Below are positions 38,872 to 48,981 of a stretch of DNA of 64,000 nt, one piece after another. The DNA lies in the NCBI GenBank assembly GCA_963703955.1, contig CAVPGK010000021.1:1-64000 (forward strand), given 5' to 3'. A model generated the notes under the pieces. It searched no databases. It worked only from the letters and a program-made list of their open reading frames with translations, and was not told the origin of the DNA. Position 1 is the stretch's first letter; every line of letters starts with the position of its first letter. The DNA comes from Nitrospirota bacterium. Lineage in GTDB: Bacteria; Nitrospirota; Nitrospiria; Nitrospirales; Nitrospiraceae. Both the position numbers and the translations under genes were made by a program.

Positions 38872-40329
38872 ATGGCCATACCGAAGTACTGCCTATCGAT
38901 CTCCGTTCTTTTTCTTTCGTTCCTGTTCGCAGGTTGCTTTGCACACGTCCAACATCTTCCAAAAGCCGATCCTGCCCAGCCGAGCTTTCAGCCCTTGCCC
39001 GATCCTGAGCACACGAAAACGCTCGTGGGGATCGCGCTCTCAGGTGGCGGAAGCCGAGCCGCCTACTTCGGCGCGGCTGGACTCGAGGCCTTGGCCCAGG
39101 TGCGTCTTGCTCCAGGTCAACCGTCGCTCCTGGAGCAGGTCGCCTACCTGTCCAGCGTGTCGGGAGGAAGCGTAGCGTCTAGCTATTTTGCCACGCAGAA
39201 ACCGGAAGCCGCCGTGCCCGTGCTGAATCCGAACGGCGCGCTGACCCCGACTTATCGTCATTTTTTCGATGAGTACCGCACCGCGATGAGCAAGAACCTT
39301 CAATGGTCTATGGAATGGCGCCAGTTCTCTAACGTCCGATGGCTCAACTCGAACCAACGCGCCACCTCTCTCAGTGAAGCGCTGGACGCCCATTTCCTGA
39401 ACGGAATCACGTTTGAACAATTTTACGAGCGTGAAAAGACCAGACGCAGCCCGCGCCTGATTCTCAATGCCACTCTCTATAACGACGGGCGGCGGTTTGT
39501 CTTGACCACGGTTCCTCGAGATGACTTCCGCTACGATTTCATTCGCAAGCTGCAAGACAAATTGGAAGAGCGGGAACGGCAAACGACGAGTCGGCCACCC
39601 AAGTCGTTACCGGAGGCGCTCGAACGAGCCAAGGACGCGCTGAACCCGCTGACCTTCCAGGATGAGAGCGCCGACCCACGTCCCATTCCTCTTTCGCAGG
39701 CTGTGGCAGCGTCGGCTTCTTTTCCGTTCGTGATCGGGCCGATTACCGCTCAGGTAAAAGGGGAGTCTAGCTATCTCCATGTCGGAGACGGGGGACTCTT
39801 CGACAATCAAGGCACCGAATCGCTGGTGCAACTATTTTTGAAAAAACTGGAAGATAAGAAGGCCACCCGTGCGCTGGTCATCGCCTTCGACAGTTCCTTT
39901 CCGTTCTGGGTGAAGAATAATACCCTCGATGGCCTGAAGAACGGTTTCGACATTTTCAAGCAAGACACCGGGCGAATCGTCGGCATTATGGAACAGCGAG
40001 CGAATGCGTATCAGAGCATGGTATGGCACATTCTCCAAAGCGAGAGGATCGTCCTCCCGGATGAGGACACGATCAAGGTCATTGTCCTCCGTCATACCGA
40101 CGCCGTCTGGCCAGAAAACCCGCAATCCGTTTTGCCTGACGCCTGCCGGAGTGACGCAGCCAAATTGGCCAGCAAAGAAAAAATCAGAGAACGGCTGGCC
40201 CTGATTCCCACCAAGTTGAAGCTCACCGACGAGTGCGACAAGGCCTTGCTCCGCGAAGCCGCCGTCAAGGTGGTGGAACAGAAAAAAGAGGAAATCCTCA
40301 CGTTCCTCCAAGGCAAAACAGGGAGCTAA
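38872..40329 (+). CDS. Patatin-like phospholipase lipoprotein
   Basis: Lipobox FAGC; SGGGSRAA, SSVSGGS, GDGGLFDN. Confidence 0.9.
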   Translation: MAIPKYCLSISVLFLSFLFAGCFAHVQHLPKADPAQPSFQPLPDPEHTKTLVGIALSGGGSRAAYFGAAGLEALAQVRLAPGQPSLLEQVAYLSSVSGGSVASSYFATQKPEAAVPVLNPNGALTPTYRHFFDEYRTAMSKNLQWSMEWRQFSNVRWLNSNQRATSLSEALDAHFLNGITFEQFYEREKTRRSPRLILNATLYNDGRRFVLTTVPRDDFRYDFIRKLQDKLEERERQTTSRPPKSLPEALERAKDALNPLTFQDESADPRPIPLSQAVAASASFPFVIGPITAQVKGESSYLHVGDGGLFDNQGTESLVQLFLKKLEDKKATRALVIAFDSSFPFWVKNNTLDGLKNGFDIFKQDTGRIVGIMEQRANAYQSMVWHILQSERIVLPDEDTIKVIVLRHTDAVWPENPQSVLPDACRSDAAKLASKEKIRERLALIPTKLKLTDECDKALLREAAVKVVEQKKEEILTFLQGKTGS

Positions 40330-40451
40330 GGAAAGCGCTTGTCCGATTCAGGCTCCGAAGAGGGATTGCATGGACAGAGTTCAAAAAATCCTACGCGAGG
40401 TTTCCACAAGCACCCTAGAAAAACCGAAAGCGAAAAGAGTAGCATACGGCG

Positions 40452-41687
40452 ATGACGGCCCTGCTTGCCACTTCGCGTTCTCTTCATTCCGTTCTCACTC
40501 AGGCTCGCGCCCGCACTGATAGGCTCTTTGGTCTTGTGCGCTCCGACGCATTCTCTTACCGGCCCGTTCCCGAACGTCATCGCATTATTTTCTATCTGGG
40601 CCATCTGGAAGCATTTGACTGGAATCTGATCGCGAACGCGTTAGCACTTCCGTCATTCCATGCCGGATTCGACCGCCTCTTCGCGTTTGGCATCGACCCC
40701 CCACCTGGGCAACTCCCGCAGGATTCGGCTTCAGATTGGCCGGAGGTCTCAGAGGTCCGCCGATATAACGCGCAGGTGCGTCGCACGCTTAATCGCGTGC
40801 TCAATGACCTCCCGGAACTCCTCCTGCATGTCGCGATCGAACATCGATTGATGCACGCGGAGACGTTCGCGTATCTCCTTCATCATCTGGCGTCCGAGCA
40901 CAAGCTCATTCCGGCGCAATCGTCGCCCCCGCAAGGGCCGCGCCCCGTGCGTGCTATGATCGAGATCCCTCCGGGATACGCGACCCTTGGGCAAAGCCGA
41001 ACCGGTCTCTCGAACGAAGGACCATTTGGATGGGATAATGAATCCGAGAGTCATTCGGTGGCCGTCCCCACCTTTGCCATGAACAAGCATAAAGTCACCA
41101 ATGGTCAATACCTCGAATTCGTTCGGGAAGGAGCCGCCGCTCCCCACTTCTGGATTCGTCGCAACGACGGCTGGTGCTGGAGGACAATGGCCGGTGAGAT
41201 CCCCCTGCCGCTCGACTGGCCGGTGTACGTCACCCAGCGCGAAGCCCGTGAGTACGCCGTCTGGGCGGGCGCCTCGTTGCCGACTGAAGCTCAGTTTCAT
41301 CGGGCAGCCTATGGTACCCCCTGCGGAGAGGAACGGGCCTACCCGTGGGGGGACACGCCTCCTGATGCCTCACGCGGCAATTTCAATTTTCGCTTCTCGA
41401 ATCCCATTTCGGTTTCCGCTTCACCCCGTGGAGATAGCGCCTTTGGTGTATCCCAACTTGTCGGCAACGGATGGGAATGGACATCGACGGTCTTTCATCC
41501 GTTCCCCGGTTTTCAACCCTTCCCGTTTTACCCTGGATATTCGGCTCCATTTTTTGACGGCGCTCACTTTGTCATGAAGGGCGGATCGTCACAGACTGCC
41601 TCGCGGCTGTTGCGCCGGTCATTTCGCAATTGGTTTCGATCGGACTATCCATATGCCTATGCCGGATTTCGAGTGGTCCAGAACTGA
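40452..41687 (+). CDS. egtB: Sulfoxide synthase, EgtB/OvoA family (DinB plus FGE-sulfatase domains)
   Basis: RHRIIFYLGH; HRLMHAE metal motif; LPTEAQF, GNGWEW, RRSFRNWF. Confidence 0.8.
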   Translation: MTALLATSRSLHSVLTQARARTDRLFGLVRSDAFSYRPVPERHRIIFYLGHLEAFDWNLIANALALPSFHAGFDRLFAFGIDPPPGQLPQDSASDWPEVSEVRRYNAQVRRTLNRVLNDLPELLLHVAIEHRLMHAETFAYLLHHLASEHKLIPAQSSPPQGPRPVRAMIEIPPGYATLGQSRTGLSNEGPFGWDNESESHSVAVPTFAMNKHKVTNGQYLEFVREGAAAPHFWIRRNDGWCWRTMAGEIPLPLDWPVYVTQREAREYAVWAGASLPTEAQFHRAAYGTPCGEERAYPWGDTPPDASRGNFNFRFSNPISVSASPRGDSAFGVSQLVGNGWEWTSTVFHPFPGFQPFPFYPGYSAPFFDGAHFVMKGGSSQTASRLLRRSFRNWFRSDYPYAYAGFRVVQN

Positions 41688-42681
41688 ATCGATCTCTTCT
41701 GCTGCCCTCTCTCCGCAAGAACTGCCGGATTTCGCGCGGGCGGTTCGTGAAGGCCTGAGCAAGCCGGGTCAGCGAGAACTTCCGTCCATCTATCTGTATG
41801 ATGAGCTCGGGACGGCCTTGTTTGAGGCCATCACCGTCACGCCCGAATACGGCTTGACCCGGGCGGATGAGCGCCTCCTCCAACGGTATGCCACGGCCAT
41901 CTTGGAATACGTTGCCCCTCCTGTGTTGGTCGTCGAACTGGGCAGCGGAAGCGGGAGAAAAACTCGATGGCTCTTGGAGGCTCTGGCGCACCGTGAAGCC
42001 GTATTCTACTTTCCCATCGACCTCTCGACGTCCGCCCTCCTGAAATGCCGGCAACAACTGCACGACCTGGGGAGCGTCAGTATCGTGGGGCTCGAGAAAT
42101 CCTACCTGGAGGGCTTACAGGAGGTCGCCTGTCGCCGGCGAGGAGGCCAAAGACTGCTGGTGCTCTTTCTGGGAAGCAGTATCGGCAACTTCGATCGTCC
42201 TGCCGGAGACACCTTCTTGCGTGAGATCCGACGCTGCTTGGCTCCAGGCGATGCCCTGCTGCTCGGGATGGATCTTGAGAAGTCTGCCGGCGAGATGCTC
42301 TTGGCCTATAATGACGCTGCCGGCGTCACCGCCGCGTTCAATCTGAATCTACTCGCTCGCATCAATCGCGAGCTACAGGGCGATTTTGTCCTGAGAGCGT
42401 TTGAGCATGAGGCGCGGTACAACGCCCAGGAGCGTCGAATTGAAATGCATCTCCGGTCGAAGGTGGATCAGAGGGTGTCGATCAATGGTGCGGAGCTCTC
42501 CATCACACTGCGAGAAGGCGAAACGATCTGGACGGAAGCCTGTCACAAATACCGCCTCACGGAGATCCCCGAGATGGCACACCGGACTGGGTTTACGTGC
42601 GAAGCCCAGTGGGTGGACGGAGAATGGAGTTTTGCCGAAAATCTGTGGATCGCCGCTCCCGCTTCCGCCTCAGCCCAATGA
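41653..42681 (+). CDS. egtD: L-histidine N-alpha-methyltransferase
   Basis: LYDELGTALFEAIT..PEY, ELGSGSGRKT, FLGSSIGNF, AYND..GVTAAFNLN. Confidence 0.92.
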   Translation: MPMPDFEWSRTESISSAALSPQELPDFARAVREGLSKPGQRELPSIYLYDELGTALFEAITVTPEYGLTRADERLLQRYATAILEYVAPPVLVVELGSGSGRKTRWLLEALAHREAVFYFPIDLSTSALLKCRQQLHDLGSVSIVGLEKSYLEGLQEVACRRRGGQRLLVLFLGSSIGNFDRPAGDTFLREIRRCLAPGDALLLGMDLEKSAGEMLLAYNDAAGVTAAFNLNLLARINRELQGDFVLRAFEHEARYNAQERRIEMHLRSKVDQRVSINGAELSITLREGETIWTEACHKYRLTEIPEMAHRTGFTCEAQWVDGEWSFAENLWIAAPASASAQ

Positions 42682-43421
42682 GCCCCCTTGTCTCATTCCA
42701 GAACGTCTCCGCCCGCATCGGCTCGAAAGATATCCTCCGCGAGGTCAGTTTCGACATGGAAGCCGGAGAAACGCTGGTGCTCTTGGGCCGTAGCGGATCC
42801 GGCAAGACGACCGCGCTGAAGCTGGTCAATGCCTTACTACAACCGAGTACCGGCGAAGTCCTGGTCGAGGACAAACCCACGACCAAGTGGGACCCTATTC
42901 GACTACGGCGTCGGATCGGCTACGTGATCCAGGAGGGAGGTCTCTTTCCGCACTTCACTATCGCGGACAACGTCGGTTTGGTCCCTCGGCTGGAGGGTTG
43001 GTCACGAGACGACGTCAAGGCGCGTGTCGAGTCGTTGCTCACTCAGGTCGGCCTTCCTCCGGAAGACTTCGCCACCCGATATCCGCGAGAACTTTCCGGC
43101 GGGCAGCGCCAGCGGGTGGGCGTGGCGCGCGCGCTCGCCGGGGACCCGCAGCTCCTGCTGTTCGACGAACCGTTCGGCGCGGTGGATCCCGTCACACGAC
43201 TCGATCTGCAGCGGCAATTCCTCGCGTTGCGTCGCCGGTATGGCAAGACCGCGCTCTTCGTCACGCACGACATGCGAGAGGCCCTGGCGCTCGGCACGCG
43301 CATCGGGCTCCTTCACCATGGCAGGCTGGAACTTTTGACCACGCCGTCCGATTTTCTTCAGACCAAGAACGAGGAAGCTCAAGCCTTTCTGGCGTGTCTC
43401 AATCCAACCACGGAGATGTGA
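42678..43421 (+). CDS. OpuA/ProV-type ABC transporter ATPase
   Basis: GRSGSGKT, LSGGQRQR, DEPFGAVD. Confidence 0.92.
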   Translation: MSPLVSFQNVSARIGSKDILREVSFDMEAGETLVLLGRSGSGKTTALKLVNALLQPSTGEVLVEDKPTTKWDPIRLRRRIGYVIQEGGLFPHFTIADNVGLVPRLEGWSRDDVKARVESLLTQVGLPPEDFATRYPRELSGGQRQRVGVARALAGDPQLLLFDEPFGAVDPVTRLDLQRQFLALRRRYGKTALFVTHDMREALALGTRIGLLHHGRLELLTTPSDFLQTKNEEAQAFLACLNPTTEM

Positions 43422-44038
43422 TGCCGTCGATTTTGATCCAAGAAATTAGTGACCAGACCTTGGAGCATCTCTTTCTTGTGACGGTCACCATGGTTATCGC
43501 GGCCTTGCTTGGCATTCCTGCCGGAATCTTCCTGACCAGACAGGCTAGACTGCAGAGATGGGTCATGGGGTTCATCAGCGCGGCGCAGACCATCCCCAGC
43601 TTGGCATTGTTCGGCTTCCTGATTCCGCTCCCGTTTCTGGGCGGCATCGGCAAGTCCACGGCAATCATCGCGCTGGTTCTGTATGCGCTCTTGCCGATTG
43701 TGCAGAATACCGTGGCCGGTATCCTAGGGGTGGACAGAGTCGTGAAAGAATCCGCCATCGCCATGGGACTCACGAATCGGCAACTGTTGTGGGAGATTGA
43801 ATTTCCCTTGGCGGGACGGACGATTCTGACGGGTCTCAGAATCGCCACGGTCACCACCATCGGCACGGCCACCATTGCGGCTGCAATCGGAGCAGGCGGA
43901 CTGGGGGTCTTTATTTTTCGAGGCCTGGCTTCGGTTGACGCAACCCTGCTCCTCGCCGGAGCGATTCCTGCCGCCATCATGGCTATCATCCTCGATCGGG
44001 GGCTCGAATGGGTCGTACAAAAGGTCTCGCCGGTGTAA
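43421..44038 (+). CDS. OpuB/ProW-type ABC permease
   Basis: QTIPSLALFG, ESAIAMG, IGAGGLG. Confidence 0.92.
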   Translation: MPSILIQEISDQTLEHLFLVTVTMVIAALLGIPAGIFLTRQARLQRWVMGFISAAQTIPSLALFGFLIPLPFLGGIGKSTAIIALVLYALLPIVQNTVAGILGVDRVVKESAIAMGLTNRQLLWEIEFPLAGRTILTGLRIATVTTIGTATIAAAIGAGGLGVFIFRGLASVDATLLLAGAIPAAIMAIILDRGLEWVVQKVSPV

Positions 44039-44898
44039 CGCTCCTTGTCGTGGCCGGTTGGATGAGCGCCTGTGATGGGGAGCGCCCTATTACGGTCGGC
44101 GCCAAAAACTTTACCGAGCAGGTCATCTTGGGAGAAATTGTCGCGCAACACCTCGAGCGCAGGCTGGGTCGTCGCGTCGACCGCAAATTGAACCTGGGCG
44201 GGACACTCCTGGCGCATCAAGCTCTCGTCAAAGGTGACATCGACCTGTATCCCGAATACGCGGGGACCGCACTAACGGCGGTTCTAAAACTTCCGGCCTC
44301 TTCCGATCCGAGCCACGTATGGCAACTGGTCAAGGACCACTATCAGCGCCGGTTTGACATTGAATGGTTGGATCCCCTTGGCTTCAACAATACGTTCGCC
44401 ATGGTGATCCGCGGGGAGGACGCTCGACGACATCGCATCACATCACTAAGCGACGCCGCTGGGTATAAGCCCGGTTGGAAAGTCGGAATGGGGTATGAAT
44501 TTCAGCAACGGCCGGACGGCCTTGCCGGTCTGATGAAGACCTACAACCTTCCCCTCAAGGGATCACCCGTCACCCTGGACCTCGGGTTGCTATACCAGGC
44601 GCTCGAAGGGAGACAGGTCGATATGGTGGCAGGAAACGCGACGGATGGGAGGCTAGCAGTCCTGGACGTCGTCATCCTGTCTGATGACAAACAATACTTT
44701 CCTCCCTACCAGGCCGCATTGGCGGTGCGCACCGAGGCGGTGAAAGCGGAACCGCTCCTCCGACAAGTCTTAAACGAACTCTCCGGCAGATTGTCAGACG
44801 CGGCCATGCGAACACTGAACCACCAAGTTGACGGCGAACACCTCCCTCTTCAAAAAGTCGCCGAGCGGTTCCTGCGGGAAGCGGAGCTTGCCGACTGA
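44008..44898 (+). CDS. Betaine-type ABC substrate-binding lipoprotein
   Basis: GAKNFTEQ, YPEYAGT, GFNNTFA, FPPY. Confidence 0.92.
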   Translation: MGRTKGLAGVTLLVVAGWMSACDGERPITVGAKNFTEQVILGEIVAQHLERRLGRRVDRKLNLGGTLLAHQALVKGDIDLYPEYAGTALTAVLKLPASSDPSHVWQLVKDHYQRRFDIEWLDPLGFNNTFAMVIRGEDARRHRITSLSDAAGYKPGWKVGMGYEFQQRPDGLAGLMKTYNLPLKGSPVTLDLGLLYQALEGRQVDMVAGNATDGRLAVLDVVILSDDKQYFPPYQAALAVRTEAVKAEPLLRQVLNELSGRLSDAAMRTLNHQVDGEHLPLQKVAERFLREAELAD

Positions 44899-45007
44899 CG
44901 ATGGACGTAGCGCCAACGCGTGCTACACTTTTCCTGACAGGCCGGTAAGACGGCCTTCCCGCCAAACAACAATAGATCGCGACAACACTTTCAAGGGGAA
45001 CAAAGCT

Positions 45008-45544
45008 ATGAGTTCAGCAGGTTGGAACACCGTTGCAGTTCTAGGAATCCTGGCCTTCGTCGCCGCCACATTTTTGGCTACCAGCGCCGCGTTGTTCTTA
45101 GGGCTGTTGCCGATCTACCGAGAACGACATCAGCGTCGCGAGCAAGCCTCACTGATGCGCTCCCAACTGCTGGCTCACCTGAGAGTGATACGAGAATCCA
45201 TCGCGCCTCGCAGTCACCCGTTGGACTTGTTGCAACGGGAAGCCTACGAACCTCTTCAATATTTGTGGATACAGGCGCATGTTCTTGAAGCTGAGGAACT
45301 ACGACTAGTCAATCGGGCTCATGCCCTACTGCTCACCCTGCGCAACAGGCCCTCGATCAACCAGAGAGAGACACGAATGGCACAAGATCTGATCGATCAG
45401 ACGTGCATGGCACTGGAACGATACGATCTGGACTCCCGTTCAGAAAGAGCCAAGCTATCCCCCGCTGATGTACTGTTTGCCTACGTGCAAACTCGATGGG
45501 CCTCTCGTAGCGGCTCATTGAGCAAGCGGATAGAACCAGCCTAA
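45008..45544 (+). CDS. Hypothetical membrane-anchored protein
   Basis: N-terminal TM helix; helical soluble domain. Confidence 0.6.
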   Translation: MSSAGWNTVAVLGILAFVAATFLATSAALFLGLLPIYRERHQRREQASLMRSQLLAHLRVIRESIAPRSHPLDLLQREAYEPLQYLWIQAHVLEAEELRLVNRAHALLLTLRNRPSINQRETRMAQDLIDQTCMALERYDLDSRSERAKLSPADVLFAYVQTRWASRSGSLSKRIEPA

Positions 45545-45771
45545 CCAACCTCCCCGGAACGCAAAGCCGCCACGCCGCATGTAATCGAAGCGGCGATTCA
45601 CGCCAAGCAATGTCTACCTGAGGTATTGACTCTCCGCATCTGATCGAAGCGGGCAGCTCAAGAATGTAATGCAGGGGATCGCTGGAGGCACTTATCCGGG
45701 CGCATCAGTTGGAGGTATTGGGTCTCCGGGCCGATTTGATCGAACGGCCCCGGCTCACACGAAGTGCGGTT

Positions 45772-45847
45772 TGGAGGCGCCGAGCGGGTTCGAACCGCTG
45801 CATCGCAGTTTTGCAGACTGCTCCCTTAGCCACTTGGGTACGGCGCC
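45772..45847 (-). tRNA. tRNA-Cys(GCA), complete with CCA
   Basis: GGCGCCG...GCAGT CTGCAAA ACTGC...GGTTCGAACC...CGGCGCCTCCA cloverleaf. Confidence 0.97.
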
Positions 45848-45871
45848 TTTGGTTGTGTTTTCAAGCATTTC

Positions 45872-47074
45872 TCACGCAGGCTGCGCCTGGCTCACTAGGC
45901 CAGGTTGCGTCAGGGTTGCGGATTTGGCCGCTTCGGCGCTCATTCCCGGCCCTGCGTCTTGTGGGTCATCCAGTGCCTGCACATGGTGACGATTCGCACC
46001 TGGAAACAGGTAACAATAGATATTCAACGTGACGGAGATAGTACCATGGCCGAGTTGCTCCTGGATATACTTTGGATTGGCCCCTTGCTGAATGAGCAGG
46101 GACGCGAAGGTATGGCGCAGGTCATGAAATCGGACATGCCGCAGACCGGCCGCCTCCAGGCTGCGATACAGGGCCTTCCTCAGCGTGCGGGCACTCAACC
46201 GTTGATCGGAGGGGCCGAGAAATACCCACTCCGGCATCGGCTGGCCCTTCATCGCATACTCTAAACGCCTTGTCTCTTTCAAGGCCGCCAGGACAGCCGC
46301 TAATTGCGGTGACAGATCGACACGCCGGATCTTATGCGTCTTGGGCGTCGTCACCTGATGGCGCACGATTCCGCGCCGCACCTCAAGAAATTGGCCCCGG
46401 AAGTCGATATCCCCCCATTGCAGTCCGATCAATTCGCTTTCCCGCAGTCCGGTTCTGACCGCACAGAGCAAGACGGGATAGAACGCCGCCCAACGGTCCT
46501 GTGCCGTTTTGAGGAGGAGGCGGACTTCCTCAGCGGTCAACGGGTCAATATGGCTATTCGACGTGTCCCGCCGGCTGACCAAGCGGCCAGCGTTCAGGAC
46601 TGGATTGACGGTCACCAATCCATCATCGATGGCATGGTTGTAGGCCTCTTTCAGCGGTGTGAGAATGTTGTGCACGGTTTGCTTCTTGCGCCCGCTCGTC
46701 ACCAGCTCGGCAATCAGGCGCTTGACATCACTCCGCGTGACTTCATGCAGGGACCGCCCGCCGAGCGCCGGCAGAATGTGTTTCACAATGACCTTGCGAT
46801 ACTCGCTCGCCGTGCTTGCCTTACAATGCACGTCCGCATACGAGGAAAGCCACTCCATCAGATAATCCGCCACCGTGGGGATGCGGCCATCCGGCCGGGT
46901 GAGCGCACCTGTTCGCCACTCTGTTCGGCCCATTTCAGCTTGGCCGATAGTTTTTCGGCAAAGGCCTTTGCCTGTTTCTTGTCCTTGCCAAAGATCTTCG
47001 CCTTGCGCCGACCCTTCCAATCCGTCAGAACATACCAACCCTTTCCTGGTCGCTCACGTCAGTTTGACGCCCAT
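45872..47074 (-). CDS. Tyrosine integrase (two frameshifts in the N-terminal region)
   Basis: TGLRESE, HDLRHTFAS, LGH...TLNIY; AAGGAGG RBS plus MGVKL/RERPGKGWY start at 47074. Confidence 0.9.
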
Positions 47075-47216
47075 GGGACTTCACCTCCTTCTCGCCGAGC
47101 TCTCGCTCCAACAAGCTCCGAATATACCCGCTCGCGGTGTAGCTCTGTGTCCGCAAAGCGTCGAGCTTCGCCTTCAAGGATAGTGGCAATTGAATGACCA
47201 CTCGTTTCATTTGCAT
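47025..47216 (-). CDS. Small ribbon-helix-helix-like DNA-binding protein upstream of the integrase
   Basis: MKRVVIQLPLSLKAKLDAL...ASGYIRSLLEREL. Confidence 0.65.
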   Translation of the reverse strand: MQMKRVVIQLPLSLKAKLDALRTQSYTASGYIRSLLERELGEKEVKSHGRQTDVSDQERVGMF

Positions 47217-47236
47217 CTAACTTCATCCTCTCATCC

Positions 47237-47274
47237 GATAATATGGTGTATGATAATATGGTCCCATGATATCA
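47237..47274. promoter_or_regulatory. Operator-like repeats between divergent RHH genes
   Basis: gataatatggt twice (47237, 47252) plus palindrome tgatatca. Confidence 0.6.
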
Positions 47275-47342
47275 AACTAGCAAGATTGATGTAAAGTGAA
47301 TAAGATTGACAGCAACGATGCACGTGGTTACGGTACCGAGCG

Positions 47343-47522
47343 ATGTCGAACGAGACTACACGGCCCGCTAAACAGCAGCTTGGTATCCGTATCGACCAGG
47401 ACGTTGTTGTCGAAACCAAGGTCCTGGCTGCACGCCAGCGCCGACGCGTAAATGAGGTCGTGGAAGAAGCGCTCAAGGATTTACTGAAGAAATATCAGGG
47501 GAAGCGGAAGGAACGGCGATAG
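47343..47522 (+). CDS. 59-aa ribbon-helix-helix protein (not in the ORF track)
   Basis: Manual translation MSNETTRPAKQQLGIRIDQDVVVETKVLAARQRRRVNEVVEEALKDLLKKYQGKRKERR*. Confidence 0.75.
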   Translation: MSNETTRPAKQQLGIRIDQDVVVETKVLAARQRRRVNEVVEEALKDLLKKYQGKRKERR

Positions 47523-47534
47523 GAGTATATTGCC

Positions 47535-48125
47535 TTGACTGAATTCGTTACGTTTGGCGCCCTTGGCGTCATTGTTCTGATCATTGTCCTTGCTGGACGC
47601 CTCCCCCAGATGGGAGAACGTTTGGGGCAACTCCTCAAGCGGAGGCAGGCTTCCGGCAAAAGGGCCTCAGCGGCAGCGATACGTCACGAATCGGTACTTG
47701 CGGAGCAGTGGGCTCCGGCGTGCAGGAGACTAGATACCATCCTAGCCGTTCTCGGTCAGATCGGCGATGCTTTAGTTGTTGAAAGTGAAGCTATGGGGAC
47801 CAAAATTGCGGGGTTAGAGCGGCAGTTCGAACGAGAGTCAACCGCTGACAGAACCGAGGCCTTCAAAGCCCTACAGGATTCTAGTGAAAGGCAGAACCGA
47901 CGTTTGGAAATGGCCCGAGGCCTCTGGGACGAAGCCAATACGCTCGTACGGATTCTCTCTTTGAGTGCTGATGAATTAGCGCTTCAAGGGCATGCGGGGC
48001 GTTTGGGTCTCGGGAACAAGAATCGTGCTTGTCATTTCGCGGGCTTCCAGCGAGTTCGGTTTCTTGTTTTGCTTGTTCCCTTAGATTTACTTTGTCGCGC
48101 AGAAAATTCGCAGACCGGCGTATAA
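47535..48125 (+). CDS. Hypothetical protein with TatA-like N-terminal TM/amphipathic helix and coiled coil
   Basis: AGGAG RBS; VIVLIIVLAGRLPQMGERLG. Confidence 0.45.
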   Translation: MTEFVTFGALGVIVLIIVLAGRLPQMGERLGQLLKRRQASGKRASAAAIRHESVLAEQWAPACRRLDTILAVLGQIGDALVVESEAMGTKIAGLERQFERESTADRTEAFKALQDSSERQNRRLEMARGLWDEANTLVRILSLSADELALQGHAGRLGLGNKNRACHFAGFQRVRFLVLLVPLDLLCRAENSQTGV

Positions 48126-48499
48126 AGACTGATTGGTGGCTACGGTCACTAATCGCTGTCCTATTTCTCAAGCTAGTGAAGCCGTGGCGGGCAGCCACTT
48201 TTGCGAAATGTGCGGAGTCAGCCTGGATCATCGGCGGGCCAACGCACGCACTTGCGGACCGCGATGTCGAAAGCGCTTGAGCCTACGACGCTTACGGCAG
48301 TAAGGGGCTTAGGGCTGGGGTGACTCTTTTCGGCTTCCATCTTTAAATTTCTTAAAATTGTTCAGCCAACCGAGGATGGAGTGGGATGATGGACAGGCGC
48401 GCGGCATCTTGCGTACGCGTGGCTATCGCGGGTTGTTCTATCCGCCTCATCTCCGTTATTCATGCGCCTCTCCTGCCGTTTTCCGGCGATGAAGGACAC

Positions 48500-48640
48500 G
48501 TTTCCCGTATTGTCACGAGGAGTGCAGGAGTTGGGCGGATGGGCCAGCCTCTCACTCGTCCAGCGGTATGCGCACGTTTCCCCCGTCCAGGAAGGCGGAG
48601 GCGGTCGAAGAGCTCGTGAGAAATTCTACTACGCTATTTA
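48500..48640 (+). pseudogene. 3' remnant of a second tyrosine integrase
   Basis: VQELGGWASLSLVQRYAHVSP matches the box II / catalytic Tyr region. Confidence 0.75.
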
Positions 48641-48686
48641 CTACGCCCGAAACGCGGCAATTGGTAACCGCTTGAAACTACGGCCC

Positions 48687-48728
48687 GGAGGGGTGACGGA
48701 GCGGCCGAACGTGCCGGTCTTGAAAACC
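48687..48728 (+). tRNA. 5' half of tRNA-Ser(TGA) within an attP-like relic
   Basis: GGAGGGGTGACGGAGCGGCCGAACGTGCCGGTCTTGAAAACC; D-stem and anticodon loop intact, remainder absent. Confidence 0.8.
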
Positions 48729-48981
48729 TCGCGGAGCGGGGTAACGGAACCCGATGAAAACGCGTGAAACACTGCATGGATACTGGCGAAACGCAGTGAG
48801 CGATCGTTCCCCCGCCGTACCCGAAAGTACCCCGATTTACCCCGGCATTCCCCTACGCGATTCACTACATTTTCTCGCGGCCCCTAGCGATTGCAACGCG
48901 ACAAGGGCGGACACTCTCTCTGCCTTGGGGCCGCGTCTTTGGAGAGGCGCGAGGAGAGACGCGCATGGGCACCACACGAGC

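Noticed and set aside
40452..41687. Selenoneine (senA) cluster
   Set aside because: No senB glycosyltransferase or selD homolog adjacent
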